NCBI GenBank assembly: GCA_963817915.1
Contig: CAWFQL010000017.1
Span: 384,001-448,000 of the forward strand
From: an uncultured candidate division Zixibacteria bacterium
GTDB lineage: Bacteria; Zixibacteria; MSB-5A5; UBA10806
Reading direction: 5' to 3'
Length of the DNA stretch: 64,000 nt
Of this stretch, positions 19,786-28,955 are shown in pieces. The position numbers were made by a program, and so were the translations under genes. Position 1 is the first letter of the stretch; each line of letters starts with the position of its first letter. A model generated the notes under the pieces. It did not search any database and had not been told where the DNA came from. It was given only the letters and a program-made list of their open reading frames with translations.

Positions 19786-21612
19786 ATGTGCGGAATAGTT
19801 GGATATGTCGGTCCCCAGCGGGCGTGTCCAATTCTTATCGAGGGTTTAAAACGGCAGGAATATAGAGGATATGATTCTGCCGGCGTGGCCTTGCTCGAGG
19901 ATGGCAATATCGTCATCCAGAAGAGCGCGGGTAAAATTGCCGCTCTTGAAGAAAGCATGAAAGATTCCGATTTTCATGCAACCACCGGCATAGCCCACAC
20001 CCGTTGGGCAACCCATGGCGCACCCACCGATTTGAATGCTCACCCGCATACAGGTAATTCCGGCAAAATTGCCGTAGTTCATAACGGTATCATCGAAAAT
20101 TATGCGTCGCTGCGCGAAGTGCTAAAACAGCAAGGACATGTTTTTCGGACAGATACCGATACGGAGATCATTGCCCATCTTATTGAAGAATATTATGATG
20201 GCAATCTACTCCAAGCCGTGAGAAGAGCTCTAACGCAGGTTGAGGGCACATACGGCATAGCAGTCATGTGCGCCGATAATCCCGGCCTGATTGTCGCCGC
20301 CAGATCAGGTTCCCCATTGGTAATCGGTACTGGTGATGGCGAAAATCTAATTGCATCGGATGTCGCGGCTTTGCTCAGACACACAAATCGTGTTGTCTAT
20401 CTTGAGGATGGTGAATTAGCCGAAGTCACCGCTAATAATTTTTCCATAACTACACTCGACGACGTAGTTGTGACGCCTCATTTGCAGGAAATCTCCTGGA
20501 GTCTCGATATGATCGAAAAGAGCGGTTTCGATCATTTCATGTTGAAAGAGATTTTCGAGCAGCCGGAAACCTTGAAAAACGCGATGAGAGGCCGACTCAA
20601 TTTTGCCGAAGCTACTGCCCGCCTTAATGGGTTGAATCTTCAATACAATGAACTTCATCACATAAATAGAATAATTATAATCGCCTGCGGTACAAGCTGG
20701 CATGCTGCCTTGATTGGCGAATATCTGATTGAAGAATATGCCCGAATACCGGTCGAAGTCGAATATGCTTCCGAATTTCGATATCGAAGCCCGATTATTA
20801 ACCCAGGGACTTTGGTATTTGTGATTTCTCAGTCGGGCGAGACGGCCGATACTTTGGCCGCAATGAGAGAAGCCAAGCGAAAAGGCGCGACATGCCTGGG
20901 TATCTGCAATGTCGTAGGCTCAACTATTGCAAGGGAATCCGATGGCGGAGTTTACATCCATGCCGGACCCGAAATTGGTGTAGCATCCACTAAAGCTTTT
21001 ACATCACAGATAATGGTTTTGTCGCTGATTACGATTCTTTTGGCTCGAATGAGATCAATGTCATTCGAAAAGGGAGAAGAACTCATTCAAGCTCTTCATT
21101 CTTTGCCTGAGATCGTTAAAAAGGTTTTATCGTTGAATAATGAAATTAAAGAGCTGGCAAAGAAATTTTATAAAACTAATAATTTCTTATACCTTGGACG
21201 CGGCATAAATTTCCCTGTCGCTCTCGAGGGCGCCTTGAAACTAAAGGAAATCAGCTATATTCATGCCGAAGGTTATCCGGCCGCCGAAATGAAGCATGGC
21301 CCGATAGCGTTAATCGATGAAAATATGCCTGTCGTAGTTCTCGCGGCCAAGGACTCAGTCTACAATAAGATTGTCTCTAATGTTCAGGAGATAAAGGCCC
21401 GTAAGGGTATCGTAATAGCTATTGCAACTGAAGGCGATAATAGAATCAAAGACCTGGCGGACGAAGTTATCTATCTGCCGCCTGTTAATGACTATATACT
21501 GCCTATTATCGCGATCATTCCGCTTCAATTGCTCGCGTATCATATGGCCGTATTGCGCGGTTGCGATGTCGACCAGCCCAGAAATCTTGCGAAAAGTGTT
21601 ACTGTTGAATAG
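19786..21612 (+). CDS. glmS: Glutamine--fructose-6-phosphate aminotransferase
   Basis: MCGIVG, HTRWATHG, SQSGET, PRNLAKSVTVE. Confidence 0.98.
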   Translation: MCGIVGYVGPQRACPILIEGLKRQEYRGYDSAGVALLEDGNIVIQKSAGKIAALEESMKDSDFHATTGIAHTRWATHGAPTDLNAHPHTGNSGKIAVVHNGIIENYASLREVLKQQGHVFRTDTDTEIIAHLIEEYYDGNLLQAVRRALTQVEGTYGIAVMCADNPGLIVAARSGSPLVIGTGDGENLIASDVAALLRHTNRVVYLEDGELAEVTANNFSITTLDDVVVTPHLQEISWSLDMIEKSGFDHFMLKEIFEQPETLKNAMRGRLNFAEATARLNGLNLQYNELHHINRIIIIACGTSWHAALIGEYLIEEYARIPVEVEYASEFRYRSPIINPGTLVFVISQSGETADTLAAMREAKRKGATCLGICNVVGSTIARESDGGVYIHAGPEIGVASTKAFTSQIMVLSLITILLARMRSMSFEKGEELIQALHSLPEIVKKVLSLNNEIKELAKKFYKTNNFLYLGRGINFPVALEGALKLKEISYIHAEGYPAAEMKHGPIALIDENMPVVVLAAKDSVYNKIVSNVQEIKARKGIVIAIATEGDNRIKDLADEVIYLPPVNDYILPIIAIIPLQLLAYHMAVLRGCDVDQPRNLAKSVTVE

Positions 21613-21650
21613 ATAAAATAGCATGGGATATTTCTGATGGGAGGAATTTA

Positions 21651-22313
21651 ATGCCTGGAAAAATCAAATCCAAAATGATCTGGGATCGTGAAGGACTGGC
21701 GAATTTGTATCATAAGCAGGGAATGTCATTGACGGACATCGCGCAGAAGTATGGTTGTTCTCGTCAATATGTCCAGCTTGTGTTTAAAGAGCTCAATATC
21801 GAACGACGAACACGACAGGAAGCGTTGAAACAAAAACCGAGAAATCGGAAGAGCAAATATGATTTCAAGCCCTTTCATGATTCGTTTATAGCCAAAAATT
21901 ATACCACAATGACTGACCACGAAATTGCTGATAAATTGAAAAAACCGCCAAGCAGTGTCACCTATAGAAGGTTGCTTGTATTAGGGAAAAAGAAAGTGAA
22001 TCGGAGAAATTTCACTTCGGAAGAAAACGATTTTATTTTGGATAATTATAAAAATCTCACAGATTTGTCTATAGCTGAAAAATTGAATAGATCGCTGATT
22101 TCGGTTACCCATCATCGAAATCGTATTTTAGGCAGGCCTAAAAGAAATATTCGCTCATATTCGGATACGGAAAATGTATTTATCAAACAGAATTATAGAA
22201 AGCTGACAGATGGCCAACTGGCCGAAGCCTTAAATCGTTCTAAAGCTTCAATTGCTATCCATAGAAATGAAGTGCTTGGACTTGGCAAAATGAAAAGAAG
22301 TCAGCAAAAATAA
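21651..22313 (+). CDS. Basic putative DNA-binding protein: N-terminal HTH plus three tandem Myb/SANT-like repeats
   Basis: GGAGG RBS; MSLTDIAQKYGCSRQYV HTH; three repeats of about 50 aa matching [FY]xxxExxFIxxNYxxLTDxxIAxxLxRSxxSVxxxRxxxLG. Confidence 0.7.
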   Translation: MPGKIKSKMIWDREGLANLYHKQGMSLTDIAQKYGCSRQYVQLVFKELNIERRTRQEALKQKPRNRKSKYDFKPFHDSFIAKNYTTMTDHEIADKLKKPPSSVTYRRLLVLGKKKVNRRNFTSEENDFILDNYKNLTDLSIAEKLNRSLISVTHHRNRILGRPKRNIRSYSDTENVFIKQNYRKLTDGQLAEALNRSKASIAIHRNEVLGLGKMKRSQQK

Positions 22314-22539
22314 TTATCAAAAGGATCGCTCAGCATCAATATTCTTCATATACTCAGTATATAAATGCATAAAAAAGATTAGTTTTTAATACTTCCATAT
22401 TTATATTGATTCAGTATGTGTAACTGTTGCCGGCAATCCTATCTAGATCCCGAATTTGGGACGAATGGATTTTCATTCGTTCGCCTCGCAGGCGTAAGCA
22501 ATTCTGCGGCCGTGTATGTTTATTTATCAGGGATTAATT

Positions 22540-23538
22540 ATGGCGGCTAATCAAGATGTAATATCTAAAATAAAGAGATTCTATCTTTTTTACGGGCCGA
22601 ATAACTATAGGATTTCTGCAAGAGTCTCATCGCTTATAGCTACTGTGCTTCAGCCCGGAGCCGACGTATTTGACCTCGATAGATTCGATGGCAAAGGCTG
22701 CGATATCAACTTATTGATCAACAGTATTTCAACTCCCCCCGTTATGAGCCCGCTGCGCATCATTTTATTGAGTAATGCGGAAAAGCTTACGTCTTCCAAC
22801 CAGGCTGCACTTGAAAAATTTCTCTCGAAAATCCCCGAATATTCGGTATTAGTAATGACTGCGGTAAAACCCGACGCCCGTTCAGCATTTTTTAAAAATC
22901 TTTTGGCGAAAAAGAAAGTCAATTCATTTGCGTTCGATGATTATGAGCCCAATGAAATGCTGGGGCTTGTAATTGATTTCGCCAAAAAGCGCAATAAATC
23001 GATATCCCCTGAAATAACTTCATCCGTTGTAGATATTTTCGGGAATGATTTATTCAGGTTGGAAAATGAAATTGATAAACTGTCTCTGTTCGTTGGTGAT
23101 AAAGAGACCATTGAAAAGAAAGACCTCGCCTTTGGTTATGGATTTTCCAAGGTCGAAACCATAGATGATTTGCCCGAATTGCTACTAAATAACAAACCTA
23201 AAGCCGCACTAGAGCTTACGCGACGAGCCATTGCCGGCGGCATTAGTGAGATACAGATTTTATTTATGATAAGAGGTCTTCTGATGGCCTTAAATGCGGC
23301 CAAAATGACTTCCGATGTTAGAACTTTGATGTCAACGGCACGAGTCTCACCCAATGTGGCATTTATGGCCCAAAGAAAAGCACGTATTGTTGGCGAACAA
23401 TATGTCCAACAAGGACTTATGCTTGTATTCAGGGCGGAATATGCGCTTAAATCGGCTCGATTCCCGGCAGAAGCGATTATTGACCAGCTGATTGTATCTA
23501 TGTTTTCTTTGCCAACGGGGAATATTAACTCCGTTTAA
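22540..23538 (+). CDS. holA: DNA polymerase III subunit delta
   Basis: FYLFYGPNNY, clamp-loader-like layout, DLFRLENEIDKL, C-terminal AEYALKS; start 22516 or 22540. Confidence 0.8.
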   Translation: MAANQDVISKIKRFYLFYGPNNYRISARVSSLIATVLQPGADVFDLDRFDGKGCDINLLINSISTPPVMSPLRIILLSNAEKLTSSNQAALEKFLSKIPEYSVLVMTAVKPDARSAFFKNLLAKKKVNSFAFDDYEPNEMLGLVIDFAKKRNKSISPEITSSVVDIFGNDLFRLENEIDKLSLFVGDKETIEKKDLAFGYGFSKVETIDDLPELLLNNKPKAALELTRRAIAGGISEIQILFMIRGLLMALNAAKMTSDVRTLMSTARVSPNVAFMAQRKARIVGEQYVQQGLMLVFRAEYALKSARFPAEAIIDQLIVSMFSLPTGNINSV

Positions 23539-23574
23539 TGGTATAATAGATAGAACGATTGGAGGTAATAGTTC

Positions 23575-24153
23575 ATGCAGGAGCTCAATGATCACGAATT
23601 AATTGATAGAGCCCTGAACGGCGATAAGGCAGCTTTTGGGATTTTGGTAGATAGATACAAAAAGAAAATCTACTATTTGGCCTATCGCATGACTCGTGAT
23701 CATGATTGCGCCGATGAATTAGCGCAGGAAAGTTTCGTAAAAGCATATCAGGCCCTGGGTACATTTAAGAGGGGCTATAGCTTTTACACCTGGGTTTACA
23801 GAATTTGCATCAATATTACGATTAATTTTATCAAAAGAGAGAAATTTAGCGTTCCCATGGATTCACTCAATGAAACCGAAATCCGTGAAAATACGGCAAT
23901 CGATAACAATCAGCTCGAAAGGCTTATTTCATCTGAGCAGGCTTCGTTAGTTAGAAAGACACTTGATACCCTGCCGCCGGAACAAAAGGCCGCTTTCCTT
24001 CTTAAAACATATGATGATTTGTCGTATGAACAGATTGCGGAAACTATGGGGACATCGATTGGCACGGTTATGTCGAGACTTTTCAGGGCTCGATTCAGGA
24101 TTAAGCAGGCTCTGAAAGATATCGAATCTAAAAGGGATGTGTGGGATGAGTAA
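23575..24153 (+). CDS. ECF sigma factor
   Basis: GDKAAFGILVDRY, ADELAQESFVKAY, FYTWVYRI, GTVMSRLFRAR. Confidence 0.93.
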   Translation: MQELNDHELIDRALNGDKAAFGILVDRYKKKIYYLAYRMTRDHDCADELAQESFVKAYQALGTFKRGYSFYTWVYRICINITINFIKREKFSVPMDSLNETEIRENTAIDNNQLERLISSEQASLVRKTLDTLPPEQKAAFLLKTYDDLSYEQIAETMGTSIGTVMSRLFRARFRIKQALKDIESKRDVWDE

Positions 24154-25158
24154 ATGTAATAATACAAAGCTGATGCAGATATATCTTGATGGCTGGATGG
24201 GCGAAAGTGAAATCAAGAAATTTGAAGATCATCTGAAGGATTGCCCCGAATGTCAGATGGAGTTGGTGGATCTGGAAGAGGTTACGAGAGCGACTTTGGA
24301 GATCGTAGATCAGGCTCCGGAACGGGAATATTGGGATAATTTTGTCAATCGCGTCAACAATCGCATTGCCGCCCGCGACGTTAGTATGGAGATTTCGTCA
24401 TCCAGGAAAAGTAAATCATTTTCAGTAAAATATTCTTTATACTCGGTTGCTGTTATGGCATTTGCTGCCTCATTACTGATAATTTTCGATATAGGCATCA
24501 ATAAAAAACCGAATCCAAATCAAGCCGCAGACTCTAATCTTTATGCCCCAATTTCGGGAAATCTGCCGCTTATATTTTCCGGCGCGGAGCAGGCATTGCC
24601 TTCAAGCAATTCTAATATAAGCCAAACCCAAGAAGCGTCAATGTACCGCCAACTGAAAATTCCCGTTCGATTATGTCAAAGGCCGCGGAATCGTCGGATT
24701 CATCAGACGAGACAAGCACTCAGGGAGTTAATCCCCAGATAGTTGGCTATCAAAGAAATTTGCCGGGTGGCGTGGGAATAGTAAAGGACTTGAATACTTA
24801 TATCAGAACAAGATCAATAATGCCAAGCGCCAGTATAATGTTGAGCGATATTTCGGTCTCGGATATGCAAACCAGATTGAATTCGGACGACAGGCTTGAT
24901 TCATCATTAAAGTTAAGATTGTCGGTTATTGCCGATAGAATGCTCTCTGGTATCAATAATGTTTCGCGATTGTCCGGCAATGCAGGAAGCTCTTTGCTGA
25001 ATCAGGATTATGCGTATGCCGATCTCAATGGCGGGCGGGCTAATGTCAATGATGCCATTAACACACGTTGGGGTTATTTGAGAATGCCTATTGACACTAC
25101 GAAATCTGCCGACGCCGGAAAATACTTGATCGAACTCGAATTAATGCAAAATAAATAG
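24146..25158 (+). pseudogene. Membrane-anchored zinc-binding (zf-HC2/ZAS) anti-sigma factor; apparent frameshift near 24616-24670
   Basis: HLKDCPEC motif and one TM segment. ORF 24146-24742 overlaps ORF 24673-25158, whose frame is open from about 24616. Confidence 0.65.
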
Positions 25159-25177
25159 TTGATTTGACTCAAACAGC

Positions 25178-25206
25178 TTGATTATCAAAATATAGTCTCA
25201 TATATT
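25178..25206 (+). promoter_or_regulatory. Putative sigma70 promoter for the pgs operon
   Basis: TTGATT-17 nt-TATATT. Confidence 0.5.
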
Positions 25207-25243
25207 AAGGAACTATCGTCGAAGCGACGATGGTTATTGAAAT

Positions 25244-26416
25244 ATGTGGGTAATTCTTACACTGATTTTAGGGCTAATTTTTTTAGGAATTTGGGAATTC
25301 CGATACCACCAGTATCATCTTGCTCAATTACCTATAAGAGTCCATGTTAATGGCACCAGGGGTAAGTCGTCTGTTACAAGGCTTATTGCAGGCGGGCTTC
25401 GTGGGGGCGGATACAAAGTATTTGCAAAAACGACAGGTACCAAGCCTCGAATGATCTATGATGATGGCAGCGAAGAACCCGTTCACAGGGTTGGCAAGCC
25501 CAATGTTATTGAGCAGAAAAAAATCGTTTCCAGAGCCACTCATTTGGGAGTGCAATATTTTGTTACGGAATGCATGGGTGTTCAGCCTCACTTGCAGGAT
25601 ATTCTCGAAAGGCAATTTATTAAAGCGCAAGTCGGCGTTATTACCAACGCGCGTGCCGATCATCTCGACATGATGGGTCCAACGGTTGAGGATGTCGCCG
25701 AATCACTCGCCAATACAGTGCCACGCAACGGCATTTTATTTACCGCGGAAAAACAATATTTCAATATATTGAAAGAAAGAGCGGAAAAGAGAAATTCCGG
25801 CATTCATCTGGCCGAAGGCCACGTGATTACTGATGATGAGATGCGCGGTTTTTCTTATCTTGAGCATAAAGACAATGTTGCCCTGGCACTAAAAGTCTGC
25901 GAGCATCTCGGGGTGGATAGAAAATCTGCGATTAAGGGGATGCAGGACGCCAATCCCGATCCGGGCGTATTGAGGCGTTACCAGATAATTTCGCAGGGAA
26001 AATCAATAGAGTTCGTCAATGCTTTTGCCGCCAATGATCCCGATAGTTTTAAGGTAATCTGGGAAATGCTAAAAATTCATCATGAGCCCAATAAGACATT
26101 GATTGTACTTGTAAATTCACGACAGGACAGGATTCAGCGGGCCGAACAATTGGGCGAATTTATAGCGTCTAATCTAAGCGCTGATTTTTATGTCATTACC
26201 GGCCAGAATACTCATCCGCTGGTTGCCAAGGCCATTGCCTGCGGATTACCTCATAATAAGATCGAGGACATGGGCGGGCGAACAATTGAATCTATCTTTA
26301 ATAGTATTGTCAACCTATCCGCGGAAAAAGCGTTGGTTTTTGGAATCGGAAATATAGTCGGTTTCGGAGAACAGCTAGTGCAATTCTTTACTGAAAGGGG
26401 TAGCGAGATTGTCTGA
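25244..26416 (+). CDS. pgsB: Poly-gamma-glutamate synthase PgsB/CapB
   Basis: RVHVNGTRGKSSVTRL, AKTTGT, TNARADHLDMMGPT, PDPG, NAFAANDP. Confidence 0.95.
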   Translation: MWVILTLILGLIFLGIWEFRYHQYHLAQLPIRVHVNGTRGKSSVTRLIAGGLRGGGYKVFAKTTGTKPRMIYDDGSEEPVHRVGKPNVIEQKKIVSRATHLGVQYFVTECMGVQPHLQDILERQFIKAQVGVITNARADHLDMMGPTVEDVAESLANTVPRNGILFTAEKQYFNILKERAEKRNSGIHLAEGHVITDDEMRGFSYLEHKDNVALALKVCEHLGVDRKSAIKGMQDANPDPGVLRRYQIISQGKSIEFVNAFAANDPDSFKVIWEMLKIHHEPNKTLIVLVNSRQDRIQRAEQLGEFIASNLSADFYVITGQNTHPLVAKAIACGLPHNKIEDMGGRTIESIFNSIVNLSAEKALVFGIGNIVGFGEQLVQFFTERGSEIV

Positions 26417-26876
26417 AGTTGTAGTTATGATGCAATCTGTGGGGCTCGGACTGGTTGTCAGCCTCCTGTGTTCTGAGACTCTCGGACTTGCGGCAGGCGG
26501 AATGGTTGTGCCTGGCTATATGGCTTTAATGATACATGACCCTTTTAAGATCGCGGGTACTATCCTCGTAAGCCTCTTGACCTTTTTCTTAGTTAGAATT
26601 TTTTCGAATTATATTTTTATTTATGGTCGTAGAAGGACAGTGCTTGTCATATTGATCGGCTTTGGTCTGGGATGGCTGGCTCGTGAATATTTCGTATTTA
26701 CTCTGCCATCAGGCAAGATTCTGGAATTTCAGGCTATAGGATTTATTATTCCCGGCCTGATCGCCAATTGGATGGAGCGCCAGGGCGTCATTCAGACATT
26801 GTCAACAATGATTATCGCCGCGGTAGTTGTCAGGCTGCTGCTCATGATCTTTACGGGCGGGAAGGTGATAGTATGA
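26409..26876 (+). CDS. pgsC: Poly-gamma-glutamate biosynthesis protein PgsC/CapC
   Basis: GLAAGGMVVPGY, IYGRRR, IGFIIPGLIANW.ERQG. Confidence 0.95.
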   Translation: MSEVVVMMQSVGLGLVVSLLCSETLGLAAGGMVVPGYMALMIHDPFKIAGTILVSLLTFFLVRIFSNYIFIYGRRRTVLVILIGFGLGWLAREYFVFTLPSGKILEFQAIGFIIPGLIANWMERQGVIQTLSTMIIAAVVVRLLLMIFTGGKVIV

Positions 26877-28042
26877 GACCGCGCCCGAATAATCCGTCGA
26901 TAAGGCTTTTGGTATTATTGGCTCTCTTTTCGCTCGTGATTTTTTATTTGGCCGAAGGCACTCTGCAAAAAAAGCCGGCGCCGCATTGGGAACTAAAAAA
27001 CAGAGCAGCGATTTTAGATCAACGAGCGCAGGACGTAATCAGAGAAGAGGTCAAAAAGCTCGGAATCGCCATTGATTATGAGAATGATCCTAATGGAACC
27101 GGCCTTATAGGCGAACAAAATACACTAATTACTACAGATGTTGGCGAACTCCGCAGCAAGCTGGCCGCGACAAATCCCAATTTTGCGGCAGTTTTTGTGC
27201 AGATGCTTAAGGATGCCAATGTTAAACGAGGCGACAAAATTGCAGTCTGTATGTCGGGCTCATTTCCCGGCGCGAATATTGCCTTGTTCAGCGCCTGCCA
27301 GGTGATGGGGATTGAACCAGTCGTTATTACTTCGCTTGGATCATCTACCTGGGGTGCGAATAGTCCCGCTCTGACCTGGATTGATATGGAAAGGCTATTA
27401 TATAATGAAAAGATATTTTCATTCCATTCCGTGGCCGCGTCGTTCGGCGGCGGAAATGATAACGGGCGCGGGCTTTCCGTAAAAGGACGAATGCTTCTAC
27501 ATGAATCAATCAAACGGGATAACATGCCTCTGATTTTCAGCGGCAATCTCGATAGTCTTTTCCAATCCGGTGGAACACTCAGGCAAAATATCGATAAACG
27601 TATGGAGATATTCGATCAGTATAAAAAGGGAATAGAGTATGCCGCTTATGTTAATATAGGAGGCGGTCTGGCATCCCTGGGTTCGTCCCAAAATGGCAGG
27701 CTGATTCCGTCGGGCGTTAATTTCGATCTTTTCAATAAAAATTTCCCTGTTCGAGGCATTATCAATATGATGGCCGAACGGAAAATCCCGGTTATTCATG
27801 TTCTAAGACTGACCGAAATCGCTCACCAGTACGGTTTGTCTCGCGATATTGTTCCAGCGCCGATTGTTGGCGAAGACAAAATATTTTTCAAAGATGAATA
27901 TTCCATAGTTCTGACAACCATCTATGCTTTTGTCTTGATAGCTTTTGTTGTGATCGCAATAAGATTCGATGTTAAATACTATATTAAAAAACAAACCAGA
28001 GTGTTTTTCCCCCCGCGGAAAGAAGAAGATCCGGAGATGTAA
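26873..28042 (+). CDS. pgsW: Poly-gamma-glutamate system protein PgsW
   Basis: DPNGTGLIG, TTD.G...K...TNPNFAA, SGSFPG.N, GSS.WGAN; N- and C-terminal TM segments; ATGA overlap with pgsC. Confidence 0.85.
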   Translation: MRPRPNNPSIRLLVLLALFSLVIFYLAEGTLQKKPAPHWELKNRAAILDQRAQDVIREEVKKLGIAIDYENDPNGTGLIGEQNTLITTDVGELRSKLAATNPNFAAVFVQMLKDANVKRGDKIAVCMSGSFPGANIALFSACQVMGIEPVVITSLGSSTWGANSPALTWIDMERLLYNEKIFSFHSVAASFGGGNDNGRGLSVKGRMLLHESIKRDNMPLIFSGNLDSLFQSGGTLRQNIDKRMEIFDQYKKGIEYAAYVNIGGGLASLGSSQNGRLIPSGVNFDLFNKNFPVRGIINMMAERKIPVIHVLRLTEIAHQYGLSRDIVPAPIVGEDKIFFKDEYSIVLTTIYAFVLIAFVVIAIRFDVKYYIKKQTRVFFPPRKEEDPEM

Positions 28043-28043
28043 T

Positions 28044-28955
28044 ATGAAGCGATTTGTGTTGATGAATATTATTTTCCTGTTTTTGGCTGCAAGCCTATCT
28101 TTTGGCGCGCCTAAAAAGACTGTAAAGTATCACGCGTTTGCGCCTCGAGGTGTAGGAAAGGCCGTATTCTTGAAAGCGGGTGCCAAGAGCTATGGGTATT
28201 TCGAGGTTGTCAAGGGTAAGACCATTGATTTCGAATTAATGGGACCTACCAAGATCAAAATTACAAGCAGAGCCGAATTACGTCCCAATTCCAAAAATTC
28301 CGAATATCAGATGCAAATTTGGGAAGGTGATAGTCTTAGGGTAGGGCGTAAAGCTAAAACTGTGAAATCGGATGTGATAATCGAAGGGCAAAAACTTGAA
28401 ATTGGGCTGGGCCGTTCAGTTGAATTAAGTGTCCCCAAAGGAAAGCATGTTTATCGTCTATGGTTTACCTCTGATAATACTGATAAGTACTATGTCCGTT
28501 TTTATCAGGAAGTGAAGACGAAAAAATCATCCAGCATGTTATCTTACAGGCCGCTTGAGTTTAAGAAAAAAGTTACCTTGCCGGTAAATAAAAAATCCAC
28601 CACATATTATTTGGTCGATACAACAGGCGGAGTTTCGGTGACAGTTGTCGGGCCCACCGATCTTATCATATATTGCCGGGTGAATTTCGATCAGAATATG
28701 AAAGGCAATAGCAAATTTACTCTCGAAGTCCTCGAATCCGGAAAAACAGTTACCCAGTTCTCGGAAATCGGCGCACTGGCTCCAAAGCTTTCCTATAAGG
28801 AAATGACAGAAATTATTCCGTCTGACCTTCATAAATTCACATTCAATGTGCCATCTGGAAAGCATATTTATACATTTAGGGAAATCAATTCATCGGCTCC
28901 CAGCCTGGCCGTTAGGTTCAAAATATCGAAAAACGGTATTGGGAAAAAATTATGA
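28044..28955 (+). CDS. Secreted Lys-rich hypothetical protein with two repeated beta-rich domains
   Basis: Signal peptide MKRFVLMNIIFLFLAASLSFG; internal duplication (MGPTKIKI..R / VGPTDLII..R; VPKGKHVY / VPSGKHIY); starts 1 nt after the pgsW stop. Confidence 0.75.
   Translation: MKRFVLMNIIFLFLAASLSFGAPKKTVKYHAFAPRGVGKAVFLKAGAKSYGYFEVVKGKTIDFELMGPTKIKITSRAELRPNSKNSEYQMQIWEGDSLRVGRKAKTVKSDVIIEGQKLEIGLGRSVELSVPKGKHVYRLWFTSDNTDKYYVRFYQEVKTKKSSSMLSYRPLEFKKKVTLPVNKKSTTYYLVDTTGGVSVTVVGPTDLIIYCRVNFDQNMKGNSKFTLEVLESGKTVTQFSEIGALAPKLSYKEMTEIIPSDLHKFTFNVPSGKHIYTFREINSSAPSLAVRFKISKNGIGKKL

Noticed and set aside
22314..22360. Tn7 insertion at attTn7 downstream of glmS
   Set aside because: No Tn7 ends, tns genes or target duplication are visible; only one small gene precedes holA.
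24673..25158. Independent 161-aa gene
   Set aside because: No RBS and a 70-nt overlap with the anti-sigma ORF; better explained as its frameshifted C-terminus.
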